Positions 42,137 through 56,451 of a stretch of DNA of 64,000 nt are shown here, in pieces. Where the stretch lies: contig OZ024750.1 of the NCBI GenBank assembly GCA_964016885.1, positions 11,222,001 to 11,286,000 on the forward strand, written 5' to 3'. Both the position numbers and the translations under genes were made by a program. Position 1 is the first letter of the stretch, and every line of letters begins with the position of its first letter. This DNA is from Eledone cirrhosa. Lineage: Eukaryota. Below the pieces are notes generated by a model. The model worked only from the letters and a program-made list of their open reading frames with translations. It did not search any database and was not told where the DNA came from.

Positions 42137-42672
42137 GGGCGGCGGATTGGCACTATCGGTAGAGCGTCGGACAACATGCTTTGAGGCATAGAGTTATGGC
42201 CCTTTACGTTCTGAGTTCAAATCCCGCCGAGGTTAACTTTGCCTTTCATCCTTACGGGGTCGATAAAATAAAGTACCAGTAACGTACTGGGTTGATTTAA
42301 TCGACTTTCCCAAAAAAACATTACTGTGCCTATACTAGAAATCATTATTATACATATAAAGTTAGAGTTACGGCCCTTGCCATTCTAGGTTCAAATCCCG
42401 CCAAGGTTAACTTTGCCTTTAATCCTTATGGGGTCAATAAAATAAAGTACCAGTAAGACACTGGATAATTGCTGGCCTTGTTCCAAAAGTAGAAACAATT
42501 ATTATACATATAAAGGGCGGTGGATTGGCAGTATCTGTAGAGAGTCGGATACCATGCTTTGAAGCATAGAGTTACGTCCCTTTATGATCTGAGTTCAAAT
42601 TTGCCTTTCATCCTTACGGGGTCGACAAAATAAAGTACCAGTAATGTACTGGTTAATTGCTGGCCTTGTGCC
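42137..42672 (+). mobile_element. Three head-to-tail SINE family 1 copies
   Basis: Separated by repeated ATTATTATACATATAAAG. Confidence 0.88.
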
Positions 42673-43393
42673 ACATATAAAGATGAGAGAACTCATCGCT
42701 AGAACAGCCGTTAAAACAGCTAAATGCTATCAAAGACAGTGATGGACAGAAATGCCTCAGAGGACAACGACCAGCGGCCAGTGGTCAACAAGGTGGCAGA
42801 TGAAATATATTAAATATATTATTAAATGTATGTGTTTCATTTACTATACGTTATTTTCGGGAAAGCCGAACAAAACGATATTTCTATAATGAGATGAGAG
42901 TTTCGTTTCATTGCTTCTAACATGATGCTTCTAATGTGATATAGCCAAAAGGTTGATTAGATTTTAGATTTGACCAAACGAGACCAGTGCCATTACAATA
43001 ATACGTCTAGAATTGCATTGTATTTCGGTACAGTTCCTTCTCTTCAAAGGCTACCTTGGAGAGAATGATGCCGTGTGCACGGTAAGGTCAGTTGTTTCAT
43101 TCTACATAAATTGAAAATATATGTCGGCATATGTATTAAGCGATTATTCCAAAGATAAACAGAATATAGAAATATTGCGTGTTGTAAAATACTAAATCAG
43201 AGAAGGGAACTTTCTCATTCCAGCTCACAGCCAAAGAAGAGTAGTAATAATATATCTGTCAGTTACAAAAGCTTTTGGATTGAAAACTTCACGTCATCCA
43301 AATATCATAATATATAATTACAAAATATTCATTTCCTTTTTGAAAGCAAATAATATTTCATTCTGTGTAAACAGAATATACTCCATGCATTTA

Positions 43394-43500
<107 letters not shown>

Positions 43501-43532
43501 ACATGTAAATACATGTATATATATGCATCTGC

Positions 43533-43597
<65 letters not shown>

Positions 43598-43619
43598 GAT
43601 ATATACATCCAGATGCATG

Positions 43620-43855
43620 GTTTCCATGGTGTGAAGCGACTGAGAGTACATGGCTCCCCCAACCCCTGTACAAGACGCCAGTCCATCACAGGTTTAAATT
43701 TCCAGCTACTGTGGTACTCATTTTCAGCTGAGTATACTGGAGCAATGTGAAATAAAGGGTTTTGCTCAAGAACACAACACGCAACCCAGCCCAAGAATCA
43801 AACCATCTACATTATGATTGTAAGTCTAACATGCTTACCACTAGGCCACGCACCA
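43620..43855 (-). mobile_element. SINE family 2
   Basis: Reverse complement of 12572-type consensus. Confidence 0.8.
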
Positions 43856-44205
43856 TCCTACTCTGAGGTATGTGAGCTACCAATTATTCCACATATGTAT
43901 GTGTGTGTTCGTGTGTATATATACATGTGTATGAATGGCTGTAAAGCTATATTCAATATGTGTGTGTATGTATGTTTCCTCATTTCATAACCATTAACAT
44001 CATATCAATTATAGGGATTTATAACATCATTTGAAGCAAAACTCCTAATTATATATTTAGATTGCTTCTTTCATTAGCATATAGTAATTAAAAATTGCAC
44101 AAGCTAATTAACATACACCATTTATAGTTTTGTCAATAACTGAAGCCTGATTACTAAACCTGCAGCCTATCTGAAATTATATTATTATATTGTCAGTAAT
44201 ATAAA

Positions 44206-44545
44206 GGCGGTGGATTGGTAGTATCGGTAGAGGGTCCGACGCCATGCTTTGACGCATAGAGTTACGGCCCTAGCCATTCTGAGTTCAAATCCCGCCGAGG
44301 TTAACTTTGCCTTTCATCCTTACAGGGTCGATAAAATAAAGTACCAGTAATGCACTGGGATAATTGCTGGCCTTGTGCCAAAAGTAGAAACAATTATATT
44401 GTCAGCATAGTTACGTCCCTTTAAGATCTGAGTTCAAATCCCGCCGAGGTTGACTTTGCCTTTCATCCTTACGGGGTCGATAAAATAAAGTACCAGTAAT
44501 GCACTGGGTAATTGCTGGCCTTGTGCCAGAAGTAGAAACAATTAT
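44206..44545 (+). mobile_element. Two tandem SINE family 1 copies
   Basis: Consensus match; ATTATATTGT flank occurs three times. Confidence 0.88.
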
Positions 44546-46849
44546 ATTGTTTACAAGAAAGTACATTTGAAATCCATGTTGTTGTACAGCTCCAGGTCAA
44601 CTTTAATTAAGCATACACATATTCCATATTTTTTATGCAAGTATAATGTATCTTATAAAAAAGTTCGAGGGTCGACTGAAAGGTTGGCAGGTTGAAAGGT
44701 TTATAGGTTGACCAAGATACTCGTCGTATGGAATAACCAAATAAGTTTTTTTTTCTTTTTTAACTTACTGCTATTTCAGTCGACTCAATGCAATATGGAT
44801 GTAGCGTGATATGATAGGAGAAAATCGCTGTGAAGACACCGAAATGGGATTAAAATATGTAGCAGTCATTCATTTATTCAATTAGCATCTGAGGAACATA
44901 TAATATATTCATGTATTCACATGAGAAAATTTACGATGTTTTCATATCATCAGAATATATTTAAAACACGCCAACGTAAAGACAATTGTTAGTCATACTT
45001 TCATATTAATGAATAACTAAAAAGCTTCCTCATTTTGTGACACTTTTTCATAATGTAGTAAATTCATTATGGGAGAAATAAACTCTATTAGCCAGTTTGT
45101 CGGTTCTTATTTTCTGTTTAAAATTGAACATTGGCGTAACTGAATGTTTATTCAGATCTATCCAACAATAAACTGACTAAAGTTATTTGTTTCCTAACGA
45201 GAAATATATTTAAATATGACTGTTTCCTAAAAAAAGCAGACATATAGATGAACTCATTTCACGATTATAGGCAAAACTGGCAAAACTTTGTAATTATAGA
45301 CGAGTGTATCAGTAGGGTGTGTCTAGATGTAATCAAATAAATATATATGTACTCCCTTTTACAAAATATATTTACATATTTTCAAACTATTGGAATCAAT
45401 AACATATTAATCGATTATCGAACTTAAATCGACTGGACTTTCAACATATCTAAATAACCATATTTTACAAGAGTAAAACCACCTTAATTATTTTATTGGT
45501 TACGTCTTTTTACAATATGTTTAACTAACTGTAAAGGAATTGGCCCTGAAAGATTTGAATTCTAAAAGCAGATTTATATATATATATAAATGGAAAGATG
45601 GAAAAAATTGAAATTTTATTTCTCACTCTTAGTACGACTGATACTTAAATATAAGTATGTATACGTACATATATATACATACCTATGTATATATATATAT
45701 TGTATGTGCGTGAATGTTTGTAAGTATGTTTGAATGTATGCGCATATGTGTGTGTGTGCGCGCATAGATGGTCACATGTCTCCATATGTATGTGTGTGTG
45801 CTGAGAAAGTGTGGGTGAGGAAGAAAAAGAAGAAAGCACTAAAGTCGAGAAAGAACTGAAAATATAGAAAACGATATTCAATATAAAAGTCCGAACGTCA
45901 GATTGACTGTCTGTTAATTTATACAATTTCGTTCCTATTCAACTGTCAAAAAGATAATAATTGCAAATTGCTCACACCTCACATAACATCAGGGACGACA
46001 TTTTAAAATGCGCCAACAATTATATGCAAGCATACACTCTTACACAATCGACCAAATACGTATGGAAATTTTATTCCCACACACACATATATAGGCATAA
46101 ATTTACGGGACTGATGTGTAGAGACAGCACAGATGTTTGCATCAGTCCTGTCTAACGATGTTGACTTAAAAGGATAATCACCTATTCCTCTTGTCATCTT
46201 TGTTGGTTTGGAGGGGGGGGGTTGCTTTTTGTTTTACTGATGGTATCATTTGCTCTGTCGTCTGTGTTCTTCCTATTATTATAAATTGATAGGCGCTTGA
46301 AAATATCAACAAATTATCGTCAAATTTATTCTGAGATTCAATTTCGTGTCTTAGGACACACGTCTCTCATTTCTGGCATCGTAAATTTCTGTTAGAAGCA
46401 TTTCCACTGGGCTTTGGAGCTTATGTTTATCAGAATATTTTGAATCATGTTAAGATGATGATAATAATCGATTCATCGAGAACTGGAAGAAAATTGTCCT
46501 TCATTATATGCTATCTCCGTGTATTATATATGCTACTATCTTTTCATATTGTAACTTTGCTTCATCTTTTTCTGGAAGTATTTTACATAATACGGATATT
46601 TCAAAAGGAATCGGTTACATTTTATAAAGAAAGACTTCATTTTGAGGAATATCGTTCATGTTTAAACTCTGACTCACAACAACTTTAACAATGCAATTTA
46701 CGTCAAAATCCTTAAGTAAAACGACTACAGAATTAAGGGGAAATGATTAAATATCATTTTACTATATAAAACAAGGACACATTAAGTTATGTAGTGTCTG
46801 GTATATAAAATGACTGTATTTTCGTAGTATTTACTCAAGGATGTAACGC

Positions 46850-46925
46850 ATCACGCGGTCCGGGAATCGAACTCACAACCTCACGATTGCGAATCCAATT
46901 CTCTAACTACTCAGCCACACACCTT
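46850..46925 (-). mobile_element. tRNA-like SINE head fragment (similar fragment at ~36110-36140)
   Basis: Reverse complement reads GTGTGGCTGAGTAGTTAGAG..GTGAGTTCGATTCCCGGACC. Confidence 0.6.
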
Positions 46926-47406
46926 CACCAACTAAATCATACATAAATGTGAAAGCATTTTTTTTTCTCCAAACTGTCTGGGTTTACATACACAGACATC
47001 AAATATGTAACCGACATAGATTTTAATTCAACTGTACACAAATAGAATTTAAACAAATTAACAATACATTTTGTTTGGATTCTTAAAAAGCTGAAGGTTT
47101 AGAAATTTAGCGCAGCAATTGTTGTCAAAATAAAATGTAGCCAAAAAAAATATATATAATAATATGGTAATTTATGCTCTCATGTGAGGCACACACAAAA
47201 ATTATAATACAATTTTCTGTGCAACATCATCCTATAAACATTAGGCGAGCAAATATTTGATAACATAAAATATATTTGAGTTCCTCGTAAATGTCCATAT
47301 CAAAAGATATTTTGCATTTTCAGAAAATAAAAATGTAAAAGTGAGGTCTTTTCACACGATTATCTTTTTCCTTTTCATTTTCGTCCAAACGCAGACGCAG
47401 ACACAG

Positions 47407-47499
<93 letters not shown>

Positions 47500-47501
<2 letters not shown>

Positions 47502-47640
47502 CATGATTCTTTCCTGGGACTTTCTAACCACATGACCGTAATATCGGAGCTGTGGTCTCTCAATTCGTAGCGACTCTACCTGGAGCCACTCTCTGAACTC
47601 CGAGCTACGCACCCTGTCGAGCAACGTTACTCAAAAGACT
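47500..47640 (-). mobile_element. RTE-clade LINE fragment
   Basis: LDRVRSSEFRE.LQVE..IERPQLRYYGHVVR. Confidence 0.75.
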
Positions 47641-48070
47641 CTTCGAAAGAACAACATTTAGAAATAAGTCATATTTGCATTAATTACCAAACTGCCTCCT
47701 TTAGTATATTTCTCATTTTTGAAAAGCCAACCAGTGACAAGCAAAGGTTGGTCATGTTGGCATATGTTCATGCCAAACATACACTTATCTTGTACTGTTA
47801 TCAGTTTCAACGCATTGGTATAAAGACATTCTCTGCAAGTGTTTGCTTCCATTTTGGCCTATATATACATAAACATATATATATAGTTTCCTAAATTCCT
47901 CTGTTCTCTCATGATAAAAATGTATTCAATGTATCCTTGAAGAATGTTACAGAGAGGTGCAGTATGTTTTCTTGTTAATTTACTTGATTTTTCATTTTTA
48001 TTTCCATTTGCATATATTGACCAAGATATGTTTTACAGTATATTATATATACATTCATACTATATATATA

Positions 48071-48125
<55 letters not shown>

Positions 48126-48130
<5 letters not shown>

Positions 48131-48337
48131 CGAAGGAAATGTGGTACGGAACCAGATGGACCATAACGCACCAAAGTACTCAATACTTAAGGTAGTAGAG
48201 TGGGTAATAGGAACGAGTAGGACCCCGACGGCTGAGCTCAAGCCGTTTCGACGGCTAATTCTGGACTAAAATGTTTAGTCCAGAATTAACCGTCGAAACG
48301 GCTTCAGTTTAGCCGTCGGGGTCCTACTCGTTCCTAT
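48126..48337 (-). mobile_element. PLE-A element with full ~130-bp palindrome
   Basis: 48207-48337 is self-complementary; conserved tail. Confidence 0.8.
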
Positions 48338-48383
48338 ATATATATATATATACATACATACATATATATATATATATACACAC

Positions 48384-48465
<82 letters not shown>

Positions 48466-48477
48466 GTACATTTATAT

Positions 48478-48575
<98 letters not shown>

Positions 48576-49199
48576 ATATACACACATATATATATATATC
48601 GTAGGCACTATGGAATATCTCGGTCACCCTAGTGTGTGAGAGGCCAATTTACAAAGTGAAAGGGAACATTTAATGAAATTATTATTGTAAATTCAAGTGA
48701 AAATAATTGATCTTTCTCTCAGATAATAAGCTTAATTCATTCAACAACAACAACAACAAAAATAATAATTACATTCATATTCAACGTACCTTTAACCATT
48801 GGACCCATAAATAAACCTAGGGTGAAACATAATCAATAAATCTATTATTATTGTTATGTTATGCATGTAAATTTTATGCTAGTTTTAATTCTATAGAATT
48901 TCGCTTTATTTTTCTATAGATTATTTCAATACACATTCTTTTGGTGTCACTGGTCATTGTCTGCAGAAATGCATCTTGTCCACGGGGCGCAGTTGAAACA
49001 CCGCTGTGATCTAGATGTAATGTTTGTCTCCCCCCCCCCCCCCCTTCTTTCTTCTTTTGTTCTTATAAACCTTGCTCTTCCCTTCCCTTTCCTCTCTTTT
49101 ATGTCATTTATAGTCCTTTGCAATATTACTTTCTTTTTCTGTATGTTAAACCAATTTATAGTTAAGTCTTTGTCTAGATTTCATTATTTTGAATTCGTT

Positions 49200-49420
49200 G
49201 GTCGGTGAATTGGCAGTATGGGTAGAGGGCCGGATGCCATGCTTTGCAGCATAGAGATACGGCCCTTTATGACCTCAGTTCAAATCCCGTCGAGGTTAAC
49301 TTTGCATTTCATCCTTACGAGGTAGATAAAATAAAGTACCAGTCACGCACTGGGGTCGATTTAATAGACTTTTCCCTCCCACAAAATTGCTGGCCTTGTG
49401 CCTATATAAGAAACCATTAT
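49200..49420 (+). mobile_element. SINE family 1 (long variant) with TSD CATTATTTTGAATTCGTT
   Basis: Consensus match and flanking direct repeat. Confidence 0.9.
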
Positions 49421-49951
49421 TTTGAATTCGTTATTATGACAACTTCTGCAATTCTCAGCGTTTCCCTAAAATATATACAATCACATGAATCTACTATAGA
49501 TACCTTTAAAATAAATTGAGATTCTTCTTGTGGTGATGGAAGGATACTTCTAGCAAGGGAGACAACAAGTACATAGAAACTGTCATGTTGGCTTGTAACC
49601 TGAATCAAACAGTATTTCATGAAACTCTCTGTAGAAACTCCTTGTTATTTTTACTGTTTTATTTGCTTGCTTTTTATTCAGAAAATCTGTGCTACCTACG
49701 TTTGTTAACGTAATTCAATAATTCAGCTGCTCATGTTGTAAGATATTAAGCTATATAGTTGTTATACTATATGATCAAATACCTTTTGCAAAATAGAGAT
49801 GAAAAGAGAAGACTCTGAGAATATTGAACAATATCAGCAATTATGGGAGGTGCTTAAATCCGATGGGAAATTTCAAATTTGGTACGATTCCAAAGACCAT
49901 TAAATGAGCACACACCCCCCCCCCCCCCCCACACACACACATATATATATA

Positions 49952-50053
<102 letters not shown>

Positions 50054-50196
50054 TTATATATATATGTATATATATATATATAAATGGGCGGAAGGAAGTT
50101 ATTATGAAAGAACTGGTGATGTGTACTTGCGAACTTCTGAAGCAAGACCGGAGTGGTTTTCCATATTATTTATTCCCATCTGTGCATAACCAAGCA

Positions 50197-50247
<51 letters not shown>

Positions 50248-50438
50248 CACACATATACATACATACATAAATACATACATACATACATACATACATACAT
50301 ACATACATACATACATACATACATACATACATACATACATACATACACATGCACACACACATATACATACATACACATATACAACTTAGACAAAAACCAG
50401 ATATTATGAATGCTTGTGGCCTGACGTCGTTCGTAATC

Positions 50439-50932
50439 TAAGGATGAAAGGCAAAGTTGACCTCGGCAGAATTTGAACTCAAACCACAAAGGGACGTAAC
50501 TCTATGCTGCAAAGGATCGCGTTCAACCCTCTCCTGATACTGAACGCCATGTAAGTGGTTTACAGCTAGTGTATGTACGTATATTTGTTGGTGTGTGTTT
50601 TGTAATAAATCTATCAACGTATACAAAAGTATGAAAAGGAAACAAACTATATATTTGATATGCAAATGATACGATTTTACATCAACACATTCTATATTAT
50701 GATATATCTAATAATATACCACGACGTTAAATTACTAAAAAAAAACGCTGGGTTGGCGGTATCGGTGGAGTGTCAGACGCCATGCTTTGAAGCATAGAGT
50801 TACGTCCCTTTCCATTCTGAGTTCAAATCGCGCCAAGGTTAAATTTGCCTTTCATCCTTACGGGGTCGATAAAATAAAGTACCAGTAATGAACTGGCCAA
50901 TTGCTGGCCTTGTGCCAAAAGTAAAAACAGTT
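50439..50932. mobile_element. SINE family 1 fragments (50439-50542 -, 50750-50932 +)
   Basis: Consensus match. Confidence 0.8.
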
Positions 50933-51301
50933 AAATTACTAAAACAAAAACAACAACGGTAATAACCTTCCAGATAATCAAGCAGAAGTAATATTTGAAC
51001 CAGTAATAAAGAGAGGCATGGTTGAAGCAGCCTAAGACGAACAATTTCTATGAGATTCAGAACATCGATTTTCAACTAAAACATAATTTCTTTATTTTAT
51101 CGATTCTGAAAACTCCATTGAATCTATTCTAAAATATGGCATATGGTGAATTGCATATAATTTAAAGATTGCAGTTTCTTCCGGGACTGGGGATTGATTC
51201 ACCATACTTGATTTTCTGGTTTATTTGCTTTAATACCGAAGCCCAATAGTTATATTTGCTGAAGCAAGAAGGCAATGCGAACATTTTTACAGAATTTTCA
51301 T

Positions 51302-51361
<60 letters not shown>

Positions 51362-51478
51362 TGTGTGTGTGTGTGTCTATTCCTCCTTCTTTGTCTTCGT
51401 TTCATTGGCAGCAGCAGCAATAGTAGCAACAACTCATCTCTTTTCGCAATAGAGACATATTTCCTGTCTTTTATTATA

Positions 51479-51528
<50 letters not shown>

Positions 51529-52186
51529 TGTATGTGGGGGGGGGGTCTTTATACATATAGGGAGAGAGAAAGAGGGGAGAATGAGGATGATGATGATAAC
51601 GACGACGATGTCAATGAACGGAAGAAGAAGAAGAAGAAGAAGAAGAAGAAGAAGAAGAAGAAGAAGAAGAAGAAGAAGAAGGAGGAGGAGGAGGAGAAGG
51701 AGGAGAGTAGGAGGAGAGGGGAGTTGATGACGACAATGACCAGTGCAACAAAACTAGTGATGACTTTGCATTTCACTTGAAGATTAGCAATGATTCCCTC
51801 TGTAATGTATTCCTGTGTGTCTGTGTGTGTGATTGTATGCGTGTGTGTATGGATGTGTGTGTTTGGGTATGGTATGTGTGTGTGAGTGTGTTTGTGACTG
51901 TGTGCGTATGTGAAAGTGTGCATGTATGCGTGTGTGTGTGTGTGTGTTTGTGAGTGTGTCTGTGTGTGTCTATGTGTGTGTCTATGTGTGGGTCTATGTG
52001 TGTGTGAATGTGTGTATTTGTGTGTAACTGGGTGTGTGTGTCTGTGTGTGTGTGTATGTGCGTGTGTATGTACATGTATGTATGTATGCAGGTGTACATA
52101 TATGTGAGTGTGAGATTGTTGGCAGATGTGTATTAAGCTGATATTTTGGCAAAGACACAGTAGAAACAATTATTAATAATAATAAT

Positions 52187-52497
52187 AATTGTTTCTACTT
52201 TTGGCACAAGGCCACCAATTACCCAGTGTATTACTGGTACTTTTTTTTATCGATCCCGTAAGGATGAAAGGCAAAGTTAACCTCGGCGGGATTTGAACTC
52301 AGAATGGCAAGAGCCGTAACTCTATGCGTCAAAGCATGGTGTCCGACCCTCTACCGATACTGCCAATCCAATAATAATAATAATTGTTTCTACTTTTGGC
52401 ACAAGGCCAGCAATTACCCAGTGTATTACTGGTACTTTATTTTATCGACCCCGTAAAGATGAAAGGCAAAGTTAACCTCGGCGGGATTTGAACTCAT
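52187..52497 (-). mobile_element. Two tandem SINE family 1 copies in (AAT)n
   Basis: Consensus match. Confidence 0.88.
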
Positions 52498-52829
52498 AAT
52501 AATATTACGGAAATTATCAAGACAAGAATTTGTTTTTAAAGAATTTGGTGAAAGCAATCCACCCTTTTTACTAAATAATCTTGTTCCTTCTACATGCTAC
52601 TTTGGTCTTAACATGTTGGAATATTTAATACTAAAGGAATCAATAAAAGAAAGTGTCTTGTAGTGTGAGATGTTCAGTAAATCTATTGACATTTTTTTCT
52701 TGTGTGTTTCATCTGCATTTTGAAGAAAATGTAAAATATTTCTGCAGACATTTATCGATAAATAATTTGTAAATAATGGTGAAAAATTCAACCGTGTTTT
52801 CATTCTGTATTTATAAGTACATAGAAGCA

Positions 52830-53960
52830 CATGTGTTTGTTTGTATGTGTGTCTTGTTGTGTCTGTCTGTGTATGTGTGTGTGTATGTGTGTGTCTGTCT
52901 GTGTGAGTCTGTGTGTGGCTGTGTGTGTGTGTGTGTGTATATGTGTGTCTGTGTGACTATGTACGTCTTTGTGTCTGTGTGTGTCTTCGTATGTATGTCT
53001 GTGTGTGTCGCTATGTGTCTGTGTGTGTCTGTGTGAGTCTATGTGTCTTTGTGTGTCTTTGTTTGAATGTATGTATGTATGTGTCTGTGTGTATGTGTGT
53101 CTTTGTGTGTCTTGTGTATCTTTGTGTGCCTGTGTGTGTCTGTGTGTCTGTGTGTCTCTGTGTTTGTGTGTGTCTGTGTATCTGTGTGTCTCTGTGTTTG
53201 TGTGTGTCTGTGTATCTGTGTGTGTGTGTATCTGTGTGTATCTGTGTCTGTGTGTATCTGTGTGAATCTGTGTGTATCTGTGTATCTCTGTGTGTGTGTG
53301 TGTGTATCTGTGTGTGTGTGTGTCTGTGTATCTGTGTCTCTGTGTATCTGTGTCTGTCTGTATCTGTGTGAATCTGTGTGTATCTGTGTGTATCTCTGTG
53401 TGTGTGTCTGTGTATATGTGTGTGTGTGTCTGTGTATCTGTGTCTCTGTGTATTTGTGTGTCTTTGTGTATCTGTGTGAATCTGTGTGTATCTGTGTGTA
53501 TCTGTGTGTATCTGTGTGTGTGTGTGTATGTGTATCTGTGTGTGTGTGTGTCTGTGTATCTGTGTCTCTGTGTATTTGTGTGTCTTTGTGTATCTGTGTG
53601 TATATGTGTGTATCTGTGTGTATCTGTGTTTGTGTGTGTGTGTGTATCTGTGTATCTGTGTGTGTGTGTCTGTGTATCTGTGTATCTGTGTACCTGTGTG
53701 TCTTTGTGTATCTGTGTGTATATGTGTGTATCTGTGTGTATCTGTGTGTGTGTGTATCTGTGTATCTGTGTGTGTGTGTGTCTGTGTATCTGTGTATCTG
53801 TGTACCTGTGTGTCTTTGTGTATCTGTGTGTATCTGTGTGTATCTGTGTGAGCCTGTGACTGTATGTGTGTGTCTGTGTATGTGTGTGTCTGTGTGTCTG
53901 TGTGTCTGTGTGTACCTGTGTGTATCTGAGTGTATGTCAGTGTATGTCAGTGTATGTCTT
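52830..53960. repeat. Cryptically simple TG-rich array (TGTGTATC/TGTGTC units with higher-order duplications)
   Basis: Direct sequence. Confidence 0.92.
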
Positions 53961-54596
53961 TCTGTTTGTGTAGGTGTGAATACATATATAGAATACAGTG
54001 GCTGTTGCCTTGAGAAATGCGATTGGAATTTATTTTCACGACTTTGTTTTCGAATGTTCAGATTTGATTTTCTTGTTGTTGCAACCGCATTATATATTTT
54101 TTCTATTGAAAAACCATACAAATAATATGAAAAATGTTAACGTTTCGAGGTTTTCTCACTCATTATTGAAACCCGTTGTTAATATGTTTGAATATTTGAG
54201 TAGCTCATTGTTTCGAGTGTGTTTTAGCTGTCAATTTTGTGAGGATTTGCATATTTTATAGACTTAGCTGCGACATTTTCCAGTTGTTTTTCACTTCTTG
54301 AGAATATATTACATTATTGACATCAAAATGAAATTTATTTCTTTGATTGTTGTTATTCTTCATTTAAAGTGCGTAATTTTATGAAGGATTTGTATTACTT
54401 TCTTGGTTTTATTTACCAAAGACGCTGACAGATTTGCTATACAGCAACATAATATATATCACATAAAAACAGGACAAGAAGATAAGAGTTACAGTTAGAG
54501 GTTACGTGTATATTTGAGAACTTCTATAATATACAGTTTTATAGATGAACAACCGATTATCTGCAGAAATCCGTACAGATTCTTACGTTATGATAT

Positions 54597-54787
54597 ATTG
54601 TTTCTACGTTTGGCACAAGGCCAGCAATTATCCCAATGTATTACTGATGCTTTATTTTATCGAGCCCCCATGTAACGATTGAAGGCAAAGTTAATCTCGG
54701 CGGGATTTGAACTCAGACCATAAAGGGCCGTAACTCTTTGTTGCAAAGCATGGCGTCCGACCCTCTACCGATACTGCCAATCCACCG
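54597..54787 (-). mobile_element. SINE family 1
   Basis: Consensus match. Confidence 0.88.
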
Positions 54788-54929
54788 TGATATCTTACAA
54801 TATAAAATGTATCGAAATATTGTATAAAGAGCACACGTTATTTGAAAGGTTCTACGTGGATTTTTCATGTTAGCGAATAGTACATTATATATACGATTGA
54901 TATATATATTTATATATATATATATATAT

Positions 54930-55237
54930 ATTAAAATACAAATATTAATAAAATAGATGTTCTTTTGATCAATTACATTTTATTATACATATTTCGGATG
55001 TACAACAGTACGTCCTCATCAGACAAAATATAATGATACATGACATACCCTGAGATGTTAAATGGTTAAGATTTAATGAAGGTAGTACATCCGAAATATG
55101 TATAATAAAATGTAATTGATCAAAAGAACATCTATTTTATTAATATTTGTATTTTAATATTAATTATTTTCCATAGAGTGCTTCCAATCTACTGTAAAAC
55201 TCATTCTTTGATATACTCATTGAATCTTGTTTAACTC

Positions 55238-55242
<5 letters not shown>
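54930..55242. mobile_element. PLE-like relic with inverted arm (family of 5036-5965) in (TA)n
   Basis: 54930-55003 is the reverse complement of ~55085-55160; tail matches reverse complement of 5036-5130. Confidence 0.75.
54977..55029 (-). ncRNA. Type I hammerhead ribozyme motif (intact core)
   Basis: Reverse complement reads ATTTTGT CTGATGA GGACGTACTGTTGTACATCC GAAA TATGTA TA ATAAAAT. Confidence 0.85.
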
Positions 55243-55316
<74 letters not shown>

Positions 55317-55317
<1 letters not shown>

Positions 55318-55390
55318 CGAAGCCACGGACAAAGGTTGCAGTGCACTCTACTGTTGCATTAAGTGTGGCCGAAACTCGAGTTCAGGAATA
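55317..55390 (+). ncRNA. 5'-truncated hammerhead-like motif
   Basis: (TA)n-ACGA AGCCAC..GTGTGGCC GAAA CTCGAG TT CAGG; palindromic stem III; CTG and stem I 5' strand missing. Confidence 0.5.
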
Positions 55391-55417
55391 ATTGATACCT
55401 ACGCTAGTTCCGTCAAC

Positions 55418-55477
<60 letters not shown>

Positions 55478-55481
<4 letters not shown>

Positions 55482-55612
55482 GGAAGTATGGTAAGGAACC
55501 AAGTGGACCATAACGCACCAGAGTACTCGATACTTTGGGTAGTAGAGTGGGTAATAGGAAAAGAGTCAGGACCCCGACGACGGAGCTCCGGTCGTTTCGA
55601 CAGCTGTCTCTC
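55478..55612 (-). mobile_element. PLE-A element (partial)
   Basis: Consensus match. Confidence 0.7.
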
Positions 55613-56107
55613 TATATAAATATGTGTGTGTGTGTGTGTGTGTGTTCATATACATCAGCATTATACCAAGTGTTGTCCAGACAGTAAACGTAGCTATAAA
55701 CAGACCATATTTGATTTCCTGTTAGCACCAAATCTCATATGAATCCCATTCCTGACAGCATTAGCAGGCAGTGTTTGTTGTCACAGCTCAGCTCATTCTG
55801 TTACTCTAACAATCCACTCACATTTCGCAGCAGGGAAAATTATAAGTGTAAGAAACCAACATTTTCTTCATTGTGTTATCATAATTAAAATGGATGTAAA
55901 TCAAAGATGCAAATCATTGGCAAGTGTGAACAATTAATATTTAATTAGAGTTAGAGAAAATTTCAGACTATAAACTAAATATAGAGATCGCTAAAATGAG
56001 AGATAAGAAAACAGAGATCGTCAAAACAAAACAATGATAACAAGCAAGAAAGAAAGGAAGAAAAGAATTAAAGAGAAAAGTGGCAAGTTTGTGAGAGTAA
56101 ACTGATC

Positions 56108-56184
<77 letters not shown>

Positions 56185-56223
56185 ATGATATTAATAATTG
56201 GAAACTATTTATAAAACCATATT

Positions 56224-56284
56224 TATTCTATTATATATATTTCAAGGGTACCAAAATTTTGGTACGCTCTCATCAGATAAAATA
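56224..56284 (-). ncRNA. Type I hammerhead ribozyme motif (intact core)
   Basis: Reverse complement reads TATTTTAT CTGATGA GAGCGTACCAAAATTTTGGTACCCTT GAAA TATATA TA ATAGAATA. Confidence 0.85.
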
Positions 56285-56370
56285 CAAAGCTTGTTTTATA
56301 AATATTGACATATCCAGGAATGAGACCTTAACGGTTCAATTTTTACCTGGATAATATAAATATCCCTTTG

Positions 56371-56451
<81 letters not shown>

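Noticed and set aside
44925-44955. Minus-strand CTGATGA-TAT-GAAA
   Set aside because: Stem II absent; likely chance in AT-rich DNA
48207-48337. Pre-miRNA hairpin
   Set aside because: Belongs to a multi-copy repeat family with variable fold-back points; better explained as a retroelement inversion
49506-49600. Possible minus-strand coding exon (VTSQHDSFYVLVVSLARSILPSPQEESQFILK)
   Set aside because: Weak donor, no recognisable homology, no compatible neighbouring exons found
53039-54125. 350-360 aa Cys/Val- or His/Thr-rich ORFs
   Set aside because: Translation of a TG-rich simple repeat
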